64,000 bases of DNA, from positions 232,492 through 296,491 of the forward strand of contig CBDCFL010000021.1 in the NCBI GenBank assembly GCA_965216135.1, written 5' to 3'. Positions 1 through 11,106 of the stretch are shown here, piece after piece. The DNA comes from Paracoccaceae bacterium (lineage in GTDB: Bacteria; Pseudomonadota; Alphaproteobacteria; Rhodobacterales; Rhodobacteraceae). Numbering within the stretch: the first letter of the stretch is position 1; the number at the start of each line of letters is the position of its first letter. The translations under genes and the position numbers were made by a program. The notes below the pieces were generated by a model. That model searched no databases and was not told the DNA's origin. It saw nothing but the letters and a program-made list of their open reading frames with translations.

Positions 1-737
1 AGGGCCAGATCGCCCAAAGCGTCCAGCATCTTGTGGCGCACTGCTTCGTCGGCGCGCCGCGCGCCGCCGGGGGTCAGAATATCATCGCCGTCCACGACCA
101 ATGCGTTTTGCATATTGCCGCCTTTGGCAAGGCCAGCCGCGTGCATATCCTCGACATCGCCCAAGGTGCAGAATGTCCGGCAGTCCGACAATTCGCGCAC
201 AAAGGCGCCGTTGGCCATGTCGAGCAATTTGTGCTGGGTACCGATGGCGGCATCGGCAAATTCAATGCCGAATTCGATCTGAAATCCTGGCGAAGGTGCA
301 AGCATGGCCCAGGACGACCCATCTTCGACGATGACCTCCTGCAACACCTCGATCACGTGCAGCGGTTTGTCCTGATCGGTGACGCCGGCGGTCAGGATCG
401 AGGCGACGTAATTGGCGGCGGAACCGTCGAGGATCGGCAACTCGGGCCGGTCAACTTCGACGATGGCATTGTTGATGCCACATCCGGCAAGTGCGGCCAT
501 GACGTGCTCAACCGTCGAAACCTCAGTTCCGTCGCGATTTGCCAGAGCCGTGCACAGGCGTGTTGATCTTACGTTGTCCCAACTGGCCGCGATCTGGTTG
601 TCGCCAGCGACCTCGTCGGTGCGGCGAAACCATATGCCGGTATCAACCGGCGCGGGAAGAATGCGCGCACGGACTTTGTGGCCTGAATGCAGACCGTGGC
701 CCTCAAATTCGAGAACATGGCTAATTGTCTTTTGCAC
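1..737 (-). CDS. lpxC: UDP-3-O-acyl-GlcNAc deacetylase LpxC, 5' part (gene runs off the left edge)
   Basis: Reverse translation from GTG at 737-735 gives VQKTISHVLEFEGHGLHSGHKVRARILPAPVDTGIWFRRTD...STVEHVMAALAGCGINN. Absent from the ORF track because it is open at the window edge. Lies directly downstream of ftsZ, as in dcw clusters. Confidence 0.85.
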   Translation of the reverse strand, partial: MQKTISHVLEFEGHGLHSGHKVRARILPAPVDTGIWFRRTDEVAGDNQIAASWDNVRSTRLCTALANRDGTEVSTVEHVMAALAGCGINNAIVEVDRPELPILDGSAANYVASILTAGVTDQDKPLHVIEVLQEVIVEDGSSWAMLAPSPGFQIEFGIEFADAAIGTQHKLLDMANGAFVRELSDCRTFCTLGDVEDMHAAGLAKGGNMQNALVVDGDDILTPGGARRADEAVRHKMLDALGDLA

Positions 738-910
738 GAATGCCTGCCGTTACTTTCCAAAGGCGCAAAAACGCATCTGCTTTATGATTTCCTAGCGCCA
801 GCAGGCAATGGCTCTCAACTCACCTTTTGCAACCGCTTGTAACATCCCCCATATGCAGGCGGGAAATTGCCGAAATCTGCAAAAATGACACGAAATACCG
901 GTTTCTAAAC

Positions 911-943
911 AGTAAAAGAGCCGCAATTTGCGGCTCTTTTACT
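911..943 (-). terminator. Intrinsic-terminator-like hairpin after ftsZ
   Basis: AAAAGAGCCGC / GCGGCTCTTTT forms a perfect 11-bp stem (914-924 with 930-940), about 20 nt past the ftsZ stop. It is followed by a T-rich run on the ftsZ strand. Confidence 0.6.
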
Positions 944-959
944 GAAAGGGTTTGAAACG

Positions 960-2516
960 TCAGTTCGCCTGGCGGCGCAGAAAAGCCGGGATTTCGATAC
1001 GTTCCTGCTCTGGGTCGTGCTCGTCTTCTGTCTCGACTGACTCGACGCTTGGCTGGATGCGCGGTGGCGTTGTTGGCTGGCCTTCGCCGGCGCTGCCGGT
1101 CATCCGGTTGATCAGCGAGTTGATGCCAATGCGGGCTTTGTCGACCGCACTCTCGTGCGGAGCGGCAGGCACCGCCGGCCTGGCCACGTTGTGGGGAACG
1201 CGCTGAACGGCTGCCTGCAGGCGGGCCATAGCCTCGGGTGTCGGGGTGCCAGGGGCGCGGGGCGCGACAAAGTCTTCGCCATCGGCGCTCTCGGCTTGCG
1301 GCTGGTATGCCGGTGGCGGCAGTTCGTCGTCATCCGATGCGGCGGCCTCTGCGGTCACATCAAACAGGCTGGGTTCGACCGCGGCGGCCTCGGCCCCAGC
1401 GGCATGTTGAAATTGGATTTGTTCCAGCGCTACCTCGTCAGACGGGGTCATGGCGACGCGCGTGGCAATTTGCTCAACCGCATCGCGACGTTGCGCGGGT
1501 GCGTCCGACAGGCTGCGGTTGGCGTCAATGCCAGTGGCCACCACCGAGACACGCATCCGCCCCTCCATTTCCGTATCCAGTGTCGAGCCGACGATGATAT
1601 TGGCGTCGGGGTCGACCTCTTCACGAATGCGGTTGGCCGCTTCATCGAGCTCGAACAGCGTCAGGTCATAGCCGCCGGTGATGTTGATCAGCACGCCTTT
1701 GGCGCCTTTCAGGCTGATCTCGTCCAACAGCGGATTGGCGATGGCCTTTTCGGCGGCCTGGATGGCACGATCTTCGCCGTCGCCTTCGCCGGTGCCCATC
1801 ATCGCCTTGCCCATTTCGTCCATCACCGCGCGGACATCGGCAAAGTCGAGATTAATGAGGCCGGGCCGGACCATCAGATCGGTCACGCCCTTGACGCCCT
1901 GATAAAGCACGTCGTCGGCCATTGAGAAGGCTTCGGTGAATGTGGTGTTCTCATTAGCCAGCCGGAACAGGTTCTGGTTGGGGATAATGATCAGCGTGTC
2001 GACCATTTTCTGCAGAGCGTCGACGCCGTCTTCGGCCTGACGCATCCGCTTGGCACCTTCAAACTGGAAGGGCTTGGTGACAACGCCGACGGTCAGGACG
2101 CCCAATTCGCGCGCCGCCTGGGCAATGATCGGGGCCGCGCCGGTGCCGGTGCCGCCGCCCATGCCTGCGGTGATAAAGGCCATATGCGCGCCGGCCAGCT
2201 GATCGACGATCGCCTCGATGGTTTCTTCGGCCGCTGCCGCGCCGACCGATGGACGCGCGCCTGCGCCAAGCCCTTCGGTGACTTTCACGCCCATCTGTAT
2301 TTTCTGCTCGGCATTGGATTGCTGGAGCGCCTGGGCATCGGTATTGGCCACGACAAATTCCACGCCCTGCAGGCACTTGTCGATCATGTTGTTGACCGCG
2401 TTTCCACCGGCCCCGCCAACCCCGAATACGGTGATCCTTGGTCTAAGCTCATCATGCTGGGGCATCATCAAATTTAATGTCATAACTGTCCGCCTGTCTT
2501 CATTACGCCAGCCCAC
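960..2516 (-). CDS. ftsZ: Cell division GTPase FtsZ with a long Pro/Ala-rich C-terminal linker
   Basis: Tubulin signature [10 protein letters not shown] and the N-terminal [17 protein letters not shown]. The true start may be the internal Met at 2483 (MTLNLMMPQ...). Confidence 0.97.
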   Translation of the reverse strand: MGWRNEDRRTVMTLNLMMPQHDELRPRITVFGVGGAGGNAVNNMIDKCLQGVEFVVANTDAQALQQSNAEQKIQMGVKVTEGLGAGARPSVGAAAAEETIEAIVDQLAGAHMAFITAGMGGGTGTGAAPIIAQAARELGVLTVGVVTKPFQFEGAKRMRQAEDGVDALQKMVDTLIIIPNQNLFRLANENTTFTEAFSMADDVLYQGVKGVTDLMVRPGLINLDFADVRAVMDEMGKAMMGTGEGDGEDRAIQAAEKAIANPLLDEISLKGAKGVLINITGGYDLTLFELDEAANRIREEVDPDANIIVGSTLDTEMEGRMRVSVVATGIDANRSLSDAPAQRRDAVEQIATRVAMTPSDEVALEQIQFQHAAGAEAAAVEPSLFDVTAEAAASDDDELPPPAYQPQAESADGEDFVAPRAPGTPTPEAMARLQAAVQRVPHNVARPAVPAAPHESAVDKARIGINSLINRMTGSAGEGQPTTPPRIQPSVESVETEDEHDPEQERIEIPAFLRRQAN

Positions 2517-2659
2517 ACCCCGGCCAGACTGTTTCGATTTTGCGCGATCCTACTGAGTCTCGCATGAAACGTCACCCCAAAATCACAAAAATGACACAAT
2601 ATCTTGGGGTAGTTTTGCCGCATTTAGCGGTATTTTGCCGATATGCCAACATATTGTAG

Positions 2660-3997
2660 CTACCAGTTCTCTTTGAACCATTTTACCGCCCGGCGAATCG
2701 ACCGGGCGGGCATTCCCGCTGACGGGATTTCGAAATCCCACCATTCGTCCTGGGGATGTGCCGCAAACAGACACAGGCCCACAGCAGCAGCAAATCCGGC
2801 ACCGGTGGCAGCTTGCGGCAGCCCGAGAACGCGCAGCGGGCGACCGATGCGCACCCGCTGACCCAGTATTTTCGGAGCCAGCGTGTCCAGCCCCGGGATC
2901 TGGCTGGCACCCCCGGTCAGAACAATCTGCTGGCTGGGCAGATGATCAAAACCCGCCGCGTCCAGCCGCAGCCGAACCTCTTCGAGAATTTCCTCAACCC
3001 GCGGGCGCATTATTCCGATCAGTTCCGAGCGGCTTACGGTGCGCCGGTCATGCTCCCAATCGCCGCTGTCGCCGCCGATCTCGATCATTTCGCGGTCGTC
3101 CATTCCGGTCGCAATGACACCGCCGTAAAAGGTCTTGATCCGTTCGGCATTGGTGAACGGTATCCGCAGACCCATGGAAATGTCGTTGGTCACATGGCTG
3201 CCGCCCAGCCGCACGCAATCGGTGTAGATCATGTGCCGTTTGATAAAGATCGATACTCCGGTCGCCCCGCCGCCCATGTCAATGCAGGCGGCCCCAAGTT
3301 GCTGTTCGTCTTCGACCAGTGCTGCAAGGCCCGCCGCGTAAGCGGAAGAGGCAAGCCCCGCCAGCTCAAGATCGCAGCGTTTGATGCAATAGAGCAGGTT
3401 TTCAACCGCTGCGGTGTCAACAGTCAGCAAGTGCATGTCAACGGCCAGCCGCGCGCCGATCTGGCCGCGCGGGTCGCTCAGACCAGAGCGATGATCAAGC
3501 GCGAAATTGACCGGCTGGGCATGCAGGACATCGCGATCGGTGCCGAAATCCGGCACATCACATGCCGCCAACGCGCGGCCCACGTCGCGTTCGTTGACCA
3601 CATTGGCGGCAACGTCCACCTCGCTGGCAAGGCCATATGATCTGGGCCCCGCACCCGAAAAGCAGGCCACCACATGGTCAACGCGGATGTTGGCCATTTT
3701 CTGCGCGGCCTGCACCGCGGTGCGGATCGCGCGCTCGGTTTCGCCCATCGCGTCAATCTCGCCGAACTTCACACCGCGCGATTTGGTTGTCGCCGCGCCC
3801 AGCACCCGGAACATCGACTGACCGCCCAGCGAGCCCACGCCGTCGGTGCCGGGGATACGCTCTGGTCCGTCAAACCGCAGAATGAGGCAGGCGATCTTGG
3901 ACGACCCGATGTCGAGGATCGCCACCACCCCGCGCTGCATGGCTGCCTGACGCATGGCCCGCATGGCGCGTTGACTGGCATATAAATCGGTCATCAC
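2660..3997 (-). CDS. ftsA: Cell division protein FtsA (actin-like ATPase)
   Basis: DIGSSKIACLI, CIDMGGGATGVSIF and LTGGASQIPGL motifs. Sits between ftsQ and ftsZ. Confidence 0.95.
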   Translation of the reverse strand: MMTDLYASQRAMRAMRQAAMQRGVVAILDIGSSKIACLILRFDGPERIPGTDGVGSLGGQSMFRVLGAATTKSRGVKFGEIDAMGETERAIRTAVQAAQKMANIRVDHVVACFSGAGPRSYGLASEVDVAANVVNERDVGRALAACDVPDFGTDRDVLHAQPVNFALDHRSGLSDPRGQIGARLAVDMHLLTVDTAAVENLLYCIKRCDLELAGLASSAYAAGLAALVEDEQQLGAACIDMGGGATGVSIFIKRHMIYTDCVRLGGSHVTNDISMGLRIPFTNAERIKTFYGGVIATGMDDREMIEIGGDSGDWEHDRRTVSRSELIGIMRPRVEEILEEVRLRLDAAGFDHLPSQQIVLTGGASQIPGLDTLAPKILGQRVRIGRPLRVLGLPQAATGAGFAAAVGLCLFAAHPQDEWWDFEIPSAGMPARSIRRAVKWFKENW

Positions 3998-4896
3998 TGA
4001 TTACTCCCGGTCTGGCCGTTTTTCGTGGCTTTCATGTGCTCAACGGCGGTCTGGCCAAGACGCAAAATCGGTCGCGCCGGATTGCGGAAATCGACAAGGA
4101 TCAGGTCGCGATCCAGTAAATCCCGGGCCTGGTGCAGAGCCATGATCTGTTCAAGCGCTTCAAGAGGCTGAGTTTCCGGCAGCATGATCCGCTGGTCGCG
4201 GTCGAGCACCAGATCCCAGCGCCGCTCGCCCACCCGCAGCAGGCCCCTGATCCGCTCTGCAACCGGCGCCGCGGCGGCAAGAAGCGCCAGAGCCTCGGGC
4301 ACCGCCTGCTCAGCACCCAGCCCGGCCAGCAGCGGCAATTCCGGCCGGTCCAGACGCGAGGCGATCACCGCTACACGATGCCCCTCGCCGTCGAGCAGTT
4401 CCAGCCCACCCTCTGCACGCCAGACGGCGGCGGGCTGACGCTCAACAATGTCCACCTGCAACACGCCGCCAGAGCGGATGCGCACATCGACGCGCGCGAC
4501 CGCGTCCAGTTCGGCGATCCGCGCCTGCATTCCCGGCAAATCAAGGTCAAAGGACGTCAGCGGCAAATCCACCGGCACGATCTCGCGAATATCCTCGGCA
4601 ATGCTGGCCGACGCGCCGTCGATGGCCATAACATGGACCATGAATTCCGGCCGCTCCTCGACGAAGCGGCGCAGTTCGGCGTATTTGGCCTGCATGGCAA
4701 ACCGGTAGGTCTCGGTCGACCAGATCATGATTGCCGCTGTTGATAACGCCAGAAACGGCAAACCATAGCGCAGGTAGAACCTGAATGTCGGTGTCAGCCA
4801 CAGCCGTTGCAGCCGATAGCGCAGGCGCGACGGGGCCGGATCGCGGCGGGTTGGATTTAGCGCAGACATGACGCGTCCTTCACCATCCAGTCGCAA
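3994..4896 (-). CDS. ftsQ: Cell division protein FtsQ
   Basis: Single N-terminal TM segment followed by a POTRA-like region. Stop overlaps the ftsA start. The start could be the Met at 4869. Confidence 0.85.
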   Translation of the reverse strand: MRLDGEGRVMSALNPTRRDPAPSRLRYRLQRLWLTPTFRFYLRYGLPFLALSTAAIMIWSTETYRFAMQAKYAELRRFVEERPEFMVHVMAIDGASASIAEDIREIVPVDLPLTSFDLDLPGMQARIAELDAVARVDVRIRSGGVLQVDIVERQPAAVWRAEGGLELLDGEGHRVAVIASRLDRPELPLLAGLGAEQAVPEALALLAAAAPVAERIRGLLRVGERRWDLVLDRDQRIMLPETQPLEALEQIMALHQARDLLDRDLILVDFRNPARPILRLGQTAVEHMKATKNGQTGSNQ

Positions 4897-5771
4897 AACT
4901 CAGTAAAGGATATGCCGCAATGCGCCGCCTGTTCAGGGCTGAGAGAGGTCGGCGTCATCCCCGGCTGGGTATTGGTTTCCAACAGGATCAGACCGTCGCG
5001 GCCGCGCGCCTCGTCCCAGCGGAAATCGGCGCGGCTAACACCCCGGCAGCCCAGAACAGCGTGCGCGCGCAGGGCCAGCGACCGGCAAGCGGTATCAATA
5101 TCGTCAGGAATGTCCGCAGGCACGACGTGGCGTGAGCCACCGTCATCGTATTTGGCGTGATAGTCGTACCACCCGTCGGTAACGATGTCGGTAACCGCCA
5201 GCGCCCTGTTGCCCATCACCGTGACCGTCAGTTCGCGCCCGGGCACATAATCTTCGACTATCATTTCATCGGGCAGGTCGCGGGCCAGACGCGGCGGGCC
5301 GTTGGCATTTTCCTGGACGATGTATACGCCGACGGAAGAGCCTTCGTTGTTTGGCTTGATCACATAGGGCGGTTTGAGGATGTGGCCCGCTTCGATCGCC
5401 TCGCGCGCGGCGATGACGCTTTGGGCGACCGGCAGGCCGACGGCGGCGAACACATCCTTGCTTTTCTGTTTGTCCATCGCCAGGGCCGAGGCCAAAACCC
5501 CGGAATGGGTATACGGGATGGCCATCCATTCGAGCAGGCCCTGAACGCACCCATCCTCACCCCAGCGCCCGTGCAGCGCGTTGAAGGCGACATCGGGGCT
5601 GGCCGCGGCCAGACGCGCGGCAAGGTCTGGACCGGCGTCCAGTTCTTCAACCTGATAATCTGCCTCCCGCAGTGCGGCGGCGCACTCGCGCCCCGATACC
5701 AGCGACACTTGGCGCTCAGCCGAAATGCCGCCCATCAATACCGCCACTTTGGGGGTTGCCCTGCTCGACAT
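4857..5771 (-). CDS. ddl: D-alanine--D-alanine ligase
   Basis: ATP-grasp motifs ([22 protein letters not shown]). dcw position. Confidence 0.95.
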   Translation of the reverse strand: MSSRATPKVAVLMGGISAERQVSLVSGRECAAALREADYQVEELDAGPDLAARLAAASPDVAFNALHGRWGEDGCVQGLLEWMAIPYTHSGVLASALAMDKQKSKDVFAAVGLPVAQSVIAAREAIEAGHILKPPYVIKPNNEGSSVGVYIVQENANGPPRLARDLPDEMIVEDYVPGRELTVTVMGNRALAVTDIVTDGWYDYHAKYDDGGSRHVVPADIPDDIDTACRSLALRAHAVLGCRGVSRADFRWDEARGRDGLILLETNTQPGMTPTSLSPEQAAHCGISFTEFCDWMVKDASCLR

Positions 5772-5795
5772 GCCCCGGTCCGTATTTTTTGCCTG

Positions 5796-6755
5796 TTACC
5801 TGGCCTTTTTGTCGGCCAGTTGTTCATTTGCACGCGGGACTGCCTCACCAACCCGCATGATCTCCCATTCTAGGGAGATTCCCGACGTTTGGAAAACCCT
5901 TTTTCGCACCTGCTCGCCCAGCGATTCCAGTTCCGCAGCCGTGGCAGCGCCGGTATTGGTCAGAAAGTTCGGATGTTTGGGGTGCATCTGGGCACCGCCC
6001 AGCGAAAATCCGCGCAGGCCCGCGTCGTCGATAACTTTCCAGGCTTTGTGATCATCGCTGTCATCGGGCTGCCCGGTGGACGAAAACCCAGCAGGATTGC
6101 GAAAGGTCGATCCGGCGGTGCGGTCCCTGGTCGGCTGGGTGGCGTCGCGCCGGGCCATCTGGTCAGCCATCTTTGCCTCAAGGACATCTGGGTCACCGGA
6201 GTGACCTTCAAACGTGGCCGATACCAGCACATGGCCGGGCGCCAGATCGCTGGACCGGTAGGCGAAATTCAGATCGCGCGCTGTCAGGGTCACAACCTCG
6301 CCTGTCCGGGTGATGGCCTGGGCTTGGGTGAAATGATCGCCAACGTAAGAGCCATAGCATCCTGCGTTCATCCTGACCGCGCCGCCGATGGCCCCGGGAA
6401 TGGTGCGCAGAAAGGTCAGATCAACGCCAGCGCTTGCGGCCTTGCGCGCAACATGGGCATCGAGCGCCGCAGCACCTGCGGTGACGCGGGTGCGGTCGAT
6501 GGTGATGGCGTTAAAGCCCCGCCCCAGCCGGACCACCACACCCCGAATGCCGCCATCGCGCACGATCAGGTTAGACCCGACGCCGATGGGAAATAACGGG
6601 ACGGACGGGTCCAGGGCGGCCAGAAACTGGCTGAGGTCACCGGGATCGGCGGGTTGGAACAGCCAGTCGGCGGGGCCACCGACCCGCAGCCAGGTGAGGT
6701 CGTTCAGGGGGCGGTTGGGGGTCAGGGTGCCGCGGGTGGGGGGGAGATTGGTCAC
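5796..6755 (-). CDS. murB: UDP-N-acetylenolpyruvoylglucosamine reductase
   Basis: FAD-binding N-terminal domain ([24 protein letters not shown]) and C-terminal GSTFRNP motif. GTG start at 6755. Confidence 0.95.
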   Translation of the reverse strand: MTNLPPTRGTLTPNRPLNDLTWLRVGGPADWLFQPADPGDLSQFLAALDPSVPLFPIGVGSNLIVRDGGIRGVVVRLGRGFNAITIDRTRVTAGAAALDAHVARKAASAGVDLTFLRTIPGAIGGAVRMNAGCYGSYVGDHFTQAQAITRTGEVVTLTARDLNFAYRSSDLAPGHVLVSATFEGHSGDPDVLEAKMADQMARRDATQPTRDRTAGSTFRNPAGFSSTGQPDDSDDHKAWKVIDDAGLRGFSLGGAQMHPKHPNFLTNTGAATAAELESLGEQVRKRVFQTSGISLEWEIMRVGEAVPRANEQLADKKAR

Positions 6756-7999
6756 GGATTTGACGTGTCTTTAGGCGCAACCTCTTTGGCGCGCGTGGCA
6801 ACGTCAGCAAGTTTTTTTCCGCCATAGGCGACGGCTGCGACGCCCGCCGCGACCAATATTGGCATACCGGCCAGAGCCATGATTCCTGTGGCCCCGCCAA
6901 CCAAGACTAGCCGCGCGGTGCTGTCGACCAAATCGGCGGCGTTTTCCTTGGGCCATCTTTCGAATTCAGTCTTGAATTCTGCGAACAGCCCAATGCTTTC
7001 CAGCGCCTCGGCTTCGCTTGGCGCTCCATCTTCCGGGATCAGGTTTGCCAAACTCAGTAATGAGCAATGCATATCGGTGAGAAACGTCAAAACGTGTTCT
7101 TTCTCGGTCTGCGCGATATCTGAATCTGGATTCTTGCCGCGAATTCTTTCCATTTCATTATTCAGCACTGCCAACATCGCTTCCAGTTGCGCGTGAATGG
7201 CAGAAGCGTGTTTGGCGACATTCTGCTGAACAGATTCGATTGCCTGAGGGCTCGGCGATTTCCTGGCAATTACGCCGCGCTCGTCCAGCAATATTTTAAT
7301 CACCGCGTGCACCCGCTCCGGCCCTGCATCCCAATCTTCCTTGGCCACCGCGCCCGCGATCTGGTTGAGAAGCGGCCAGTTGAGTGATCCGGCCAGCGCA
7401 TCCTCGTACCAGTTTATCCAGAAGCGCCAGGCTTCGCCTTTTTCCTCGAGAATTTCTTTGGCCCGGTCCCAGATGCCCGTGGGCGGGCTACCTAGGCCAT
7501 ACCACAGGGGTGTTTGCGAAAGGGCATTGCCCGTCGCCAATATCCGGCAATCACGGCGAACGGCCTCCCACAATGCGCTGATGCCCGACCTCGGGTAGGT
7601 CGAGTAAGCGTCGCGAATGCTTTGGCGGGCGTGGTATCCGCCGACACCGGTGGCGTAGGCGGCCATGGCGGCGGCCCGGGCGACCGGGTGTGTGTAGGCG
7701 GCGGCGGCTTCGTAGGCAGCACGGGCGGCAGCGCGGTTATCCTGGGTTGAATACACTCCAAAAACCCCGGAAGTAAGCAATGCACGGCAAATCGCCAATC
7801 CAAGCAAATCAAATTGCGGCAGCATCGCTTTCTTTTCGATGTCCCAATAGACGGGCATCACCCGCATCGCTGAGCGAAACGCGACCGCGGGCCCGTGTTT
7901 GTTTTTTTGCTCACTCAGCCAATGAAATAAGCTATCTTCATCGCGGATGTCCTCGATCTCCACCATCTGCCCTACCCGCCCGTCATTCGTTTCGCCCAT
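6752..7999 (-). CDS. Hypothetical protein with C-terminal membrane anchor, embedded in the dcw operon
   Basis: Long ORF on the operon strand. Its TGA overlaps the murB GTG (GTGA at 6752-6755). I placed the start at Met 7999; the alternative is Met 7966. The ORF-track extension to 8287 overlaps the upstream gene in another frame. I recognise no motif. Confidence 0.6.
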   Translation of the reverse strand: MGETNDGRVGQMVEIEDIRDEDSLFHWLSEQKNKHGPAVAFRSAMRVMPVYWDIEKKAMLPQFDLLGLAICRALLTSGVFGVYSTQDNRAAARAAYEAAAAYTHPVARAAAMAAYATGVGGYHARQSIRDAYSTYPRSGISALWEAVRRDCRILATGNALSQTPLWYGLGSPPTGIWDRAKEILEEKGEAWRFWINWYEDALAGSLNWPLLNQIAGAVAKEDWDAGPERVHAVIKILLDERGVIARKSPSPQAIESVQQNVAKHASAIHAQLEAMLAVLNNEMERIRGKNPDSDIAQTEKEHVLTFLTDMHCSLLSLANLIPEDGAPSEAEALESIGLFAEFKTEFERWPKENAADLVDSTARLVLVGGATGIMALAGMPILVAAGVAAVAYGGKKLADVATRAKEVAPKDTSNP

Positions 8000-8220
8000 C
8001 GCCACATATACCAGACCGGCCAGCGCAGCACGCTGGCGGCGGCGATCAGGGCGAGCAGCGCGATGAACCAGCCGTTTTGGAGATAGACCCAGACCAGCAG
8101 CGGCAGGCCGACAGTCATCAGCGCATAGGCTGTGCGCCAGTGGTTGCGTTTGGCGGGCAACATAGCCGAGACATTGGCCACGACCAGCCACACAAAAGCG
8201 AGGATAAGCGAGGCGCTCAT
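7972..8220 (-). CDS. Small membrane protein (DUF2484-like; family name from memory, unverified)
   Basis: Starts at the internal Met MSASLILAFVWLVVANV. Two hydrophobic helices. Paralogous to the next gene. Confidence 0.6.
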   Translation of the reverse strand: MSASLILAFVWLVVANVSAMLPAKRNHWRTAYALMTVGLPLLVWVYLQNGWFIALLALIAAASVLRWPVWYMWRWAKRMTGG

Positions 8221-8495
8221 GATTTCGGTTTTCGGCGGAATTCGGGCGGTAATTCCACCGTTTCGCCGCGGGCGCGCCGCCAGACATAGCGAAGCGGGTA
8301 GCGAAACATCGACCCGAACGCTAATAGCGCGATCAGCGCCGCCCAAATGCCATAGTCAATCCCGATCAACACGATCAGCACCGGCGCTGCAACCAACAGC
8401 GGCAGGCCGGACCATTTCTGGTGGCGCATCGGCAGCATCGCGGTGATCGCTCCCAACAGCACCCAGAAAAATCCTGCGATAATGGATGGGGTCAT
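8217..8495 (-). CDS. Small membrane protein (DUF2484-like; family name from memory, unverified)
   Basis: Starts at the internal Met MTPSIIAGFFWVLLGAI. Similar to 7972-8220 (shared LPxxxxxW...RYPLRYVW / RWPVWYMW pattern). Confidence 0.6.
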   Translation of the reverse strand: MTPSIIAGFFWVLLGAITAMLPMRHQKWSGLPLLVAAPVLIVLIGIDYGIWAALIALLAFGSMFRYPLRYVWRRARGETVELPPEFRRKPKS

Positions 8496-8592
8496 GTAGT
8501 CCTCGGGTCTGGCTGGCGCGCATCGCTTTCTGCGGGCGCTCTTCGGCATTTGGCAGCGAGTAGGGCCGCAAGCCCGCCCAAGCGCACGCCGG

Positions 8593-10002
8593 TCACTGCG
8601 CGGCTTTCAGCTTGTCGGGCAGTTCATTGGCCCAGGTTGAGATCGTGCCAGCGCCGAGACAAACAACGATATCGCCCGGTTTGGTCTGCTCCAGAACCAG
8701 GCGGGTCAGATCGTCCTGTTTTTCAAGCGCCACCGCGTGCCGGTGCCCATGCGCGATCAGGCCCGCCACAAGATCATCGCGGCTGGCCCCGGGGATGGGG
8801 TCTTCGCCCGCCGAAAACACCTCAGCAATGGCGACAACATCGGCATCGTTGAAACAGGCGCAAAAATCGCCGAACAGGTTTGACAGGCGTGTGTAACGAT
8901 GCGGCTGATGCACGGCGATCACCCGGCCATCGCTGGCTTGCCGGGCGGCTTTCAGCACGGCGGCAATCTCAACCGGGTGGTGGCCGTAATCGTCGATGAT
9001 AGTGACGCCATCTACCTCTGCCACTTTCGTAAACCGCCGGTTCACCCCGCCAAATGCCGCCAGCGCGTCAGGAATTTCTGCCGCCTTCATGCCCAGATGG
9101 CGGGCAACGGCAACCGCGGCAAGCGCATTGGATACGTTATGATCGCCCGGCATCGGCAAGGTGCAGCCCTCGATCACCATGTCGTCTGCTTGCAAGCCAA
9201 TATCAAAATGCGCGACGCCCTTGCGATAGGTCAGGTTCATCGCCCGCACGTCGGCCTGTGAATTGAACCCGAACGTCACCACGCGCCGGTCAGTGATCCG
9301 GCCCACCAGTGCCTGGACTTCCGGGTGGTCGGTGCAGCAGACCGCCAACCCGTAGAACGGAATGTTCGAGACGAAATCGTAGAACCCCTGTCGCAGGTTT
9401 TCGATCGTGCCCCAGTGTTCCATGTGTTCAGCGTCAATGTTGGTGACAATCGCAATTGTGGCGGGCAGGCGGTTGAAAGTGCCGTCTGACTCGTCGGCCT
9501 CGACAACCATCCACTCGCCCTGCCCCATCCGCGCGTTGGACCCATAAGCATGGATGATGCCGCCATTGATCACGGTCGGGTCTATGCCGCCGCCGACCAG
9601 CACTTCGGCCACCATCGTCGTTGTCGTGGTCTTGCCGTGGGTGCCGCCGACGGCGATGTTGGATTTCAGCCGCATCAGCTCGGCCAGCATCTCGGCGCGG
9701 CGCACCACCGGCAGACCGGCCGCGCGCGCCGCATCCAGTTCGGTGTTGCCCGGTTTAATGGCGCTGGAGATGACAACAACCTGGGCACCCTCAAGATTTT
9801 CCGCCCGCTGGCCTTCAAATATCCGTGCGCCCTTGGCCGCCAGCCGCTCGGTGATCTTGGTTGATTTCAGGTCAGAGCCCTGAACCTGGTAGCCATGATT
9901 GACCAGCACCTCGGCAATGCCCGACATGCCGATACCGCCGATGCCGACAAAATGGATCGGGCCCATATCGGTGGGTAATTTGGTCGCCGCTGCGGCACTC
10001 AT
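8593..10002 (-). CDS. murC: UDP-N-acetylmuramate--L-alanine ligase
   Basis: [18 protein letters not shown] and [10 protein letters not shown]-loop. Confidence 0.96.
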   Translation of the reverse strand: MSAAAATKLPTDMGPIHFVGIGGIGMSGIAEVLVNHGYQVQGSDLKSTKITERLAAKGARIFEGQRAENLEGAQVVVISSAIKPGNTELDAARAAGLPVVRRAEMLAELMRLKSNIAVGGTHGKTTTTTMVAEVLVGGGIDPTVINGGIIHAYGSNARMGQGEWMVVEADESDGTFNRLPATIAIVTNIDAEHMEHWGTIENLRQGFYDFVSNIPFYGLAVCCTDHPEVQALVGRITDRRVVTFGFNSQADVRAMNLTYRKGVAHFDIGLQADDMVIEGCTLPMPGDHNVSNALAAVAVARHLGMKAAEIPDALAAFGGVNRRFTKVAEVDGVTIIDDYGHHPVEIAAVLKAARQASDGRVIAVHQPHRYTRLSNLFGDFCACFNDADVVAIAEVFSAGEDPIPGASRDDLVAGLIAHGHRHAVALEKQDDLTRLVLEQTKPGDIVVCLGAGTISTWANELPDKLKAAQ

Positions 10003-11102
10003 GGCTTGGTTCCTGTTTCAGCCAGTGTTTCGATCATCTCCACCAGACGCGCCGTCGCATCCAGCCGCGCCAGCGCCAGCGCCGCATGGGCCATTTTGAC
10101 CGCAGCGTCCGGTATCGACAGAACCGCCTCGATCTGCTCTGCCAGCGCGGCCGCGTCAAGCCTGCTTTCGGGGATCAGGATCGCCGCGCCCGCATCCACC
10201 AGTGCGCGGGCGTTGGCCACCTGGTGGTTCCCGGCGGCGGCGGCGAAGGGGATCAGGATCGCGGGCCGCCCGATAGCGGCCAGATCGGCAAGGGTAGAAG
10301 CACCGGCGCGGGAGATAACCAGCTGTGCATCGGCTATCCGGTCAGCGATGTCATCGAAAAAAGGCGCGCAGTCGGCGGTGATCCCGGCCCGATCATAGAA
10401 ACCCTGAACGCGCGCCAGGTCTTCCGGCCTAGCCTGATGGCTGATCCGCAAATGTTGCGTGAGACCTGGCGGCAAGTCAGCGATAGCCTGCGGCACCACA
10501 TCCGACAATATCCGCGCGCCCTGGCTACCGCCGATGATCAGCACCGACATCGGATATTGGCCGGGCGGAATATAAGGCGCACCCTCACGCTTGACGATAT
10601 TTGCACGCACCGGATTGCCGGTGTGCTGGCTGGTGACCCCGCCGGGCAGCGACGTTGGCCAAGTGCCGCAGGCAACCGCATCAACGCGGGCCGCAAACAG
10701 CCGGTTGGCGCGGCCGAGCACGCCGTTTTGTTCGTGGATCATGCGCGGGCGGCGCAGGGCCCAAGCCGCTGCCAGCGCCGGGATCGACGGATAGCCGCCA
10801 AAGCCCACCACCACCTTGGGGCGGTCGCGCAGCATGCCCCAAATCGCGGTGACGACACCCGCGCACAGACGAAACGGAGCGACCGCGCGCGCCAGAAGCG
10901 GCCCGCGTGAGAATGTCGCGCTGGCAACCTGTTCGATCTCGATCACATGGGGAAAGCCACCGCTGTAGCGTGCACCACGTTCGTCGGTCGATAATTTGAC
11001 CCGCCAGCCCTTGCGCAACACCGCCTCGGCCAGCGCCTGGGCGGGAAACATATGCCCGCCGGTGCCGCCCGCGGCGATGACCAAAAGGGGCGGCCTAGCC
11101 AT
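9999..11102 (-). CDS. murG: Undecaprenyl-PP-MurNAc-pentapeptide GlcNAc transferase
   Basis: [17 protein letters not shown]-terminus. Stop overlaps the murC start. Confidence 0.95.
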   Translation of the reverse strand: MARPPLLVIAAGGTGGHMFPAQALAEAVLRKGWRVKLSTDERGARYSGGFPHVIEIEQVASATFSRGPLLARAVAPFRLCAGVVTAIWGMLRDRPKVVVGFGGYPSIPALAAAWALRRPRMIHEQNGVLGRANRLFAARVDAVACGTWPTSLPGGVTSQHTGNPVRANIVKREGAPYIPPGQYPMSVLIIGGSQGARILSDVVPQAIADLPPGLTQHLRISHQARPEDLARVQGFYDRAGITADCAPFFDDIADRIADAQLVISRAGASTLADLAAIGRPAILIPFAAAAGNHQVANARALVDAGAAILIPESRLDAAALAEQIEAVLSIPDAAVKMAHAALALARLDATARLVEMIETLAETGTKP

Positions 11103-11106
11103 ATGA

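Noticed and set aside
1155-1925. Long ORFs antisense to housekeeping genes. Examples: 1155-1925 opposite ftsZ, 11113-12147 opposite ftsW, 25382-26425 opposite nlpD, 35873-36736 opposite ftsK, 46882-48147 opposite the flavoprotein, 45095-46168 opposite the acidic protein.
   Set aside because: This is the typical stop-poor antisense frame of high-GC coding DNA. The translations are Arg/Gly/Pro/Ala-rich with no motifs, and the opposite strand has unmistakable conserved proteins.
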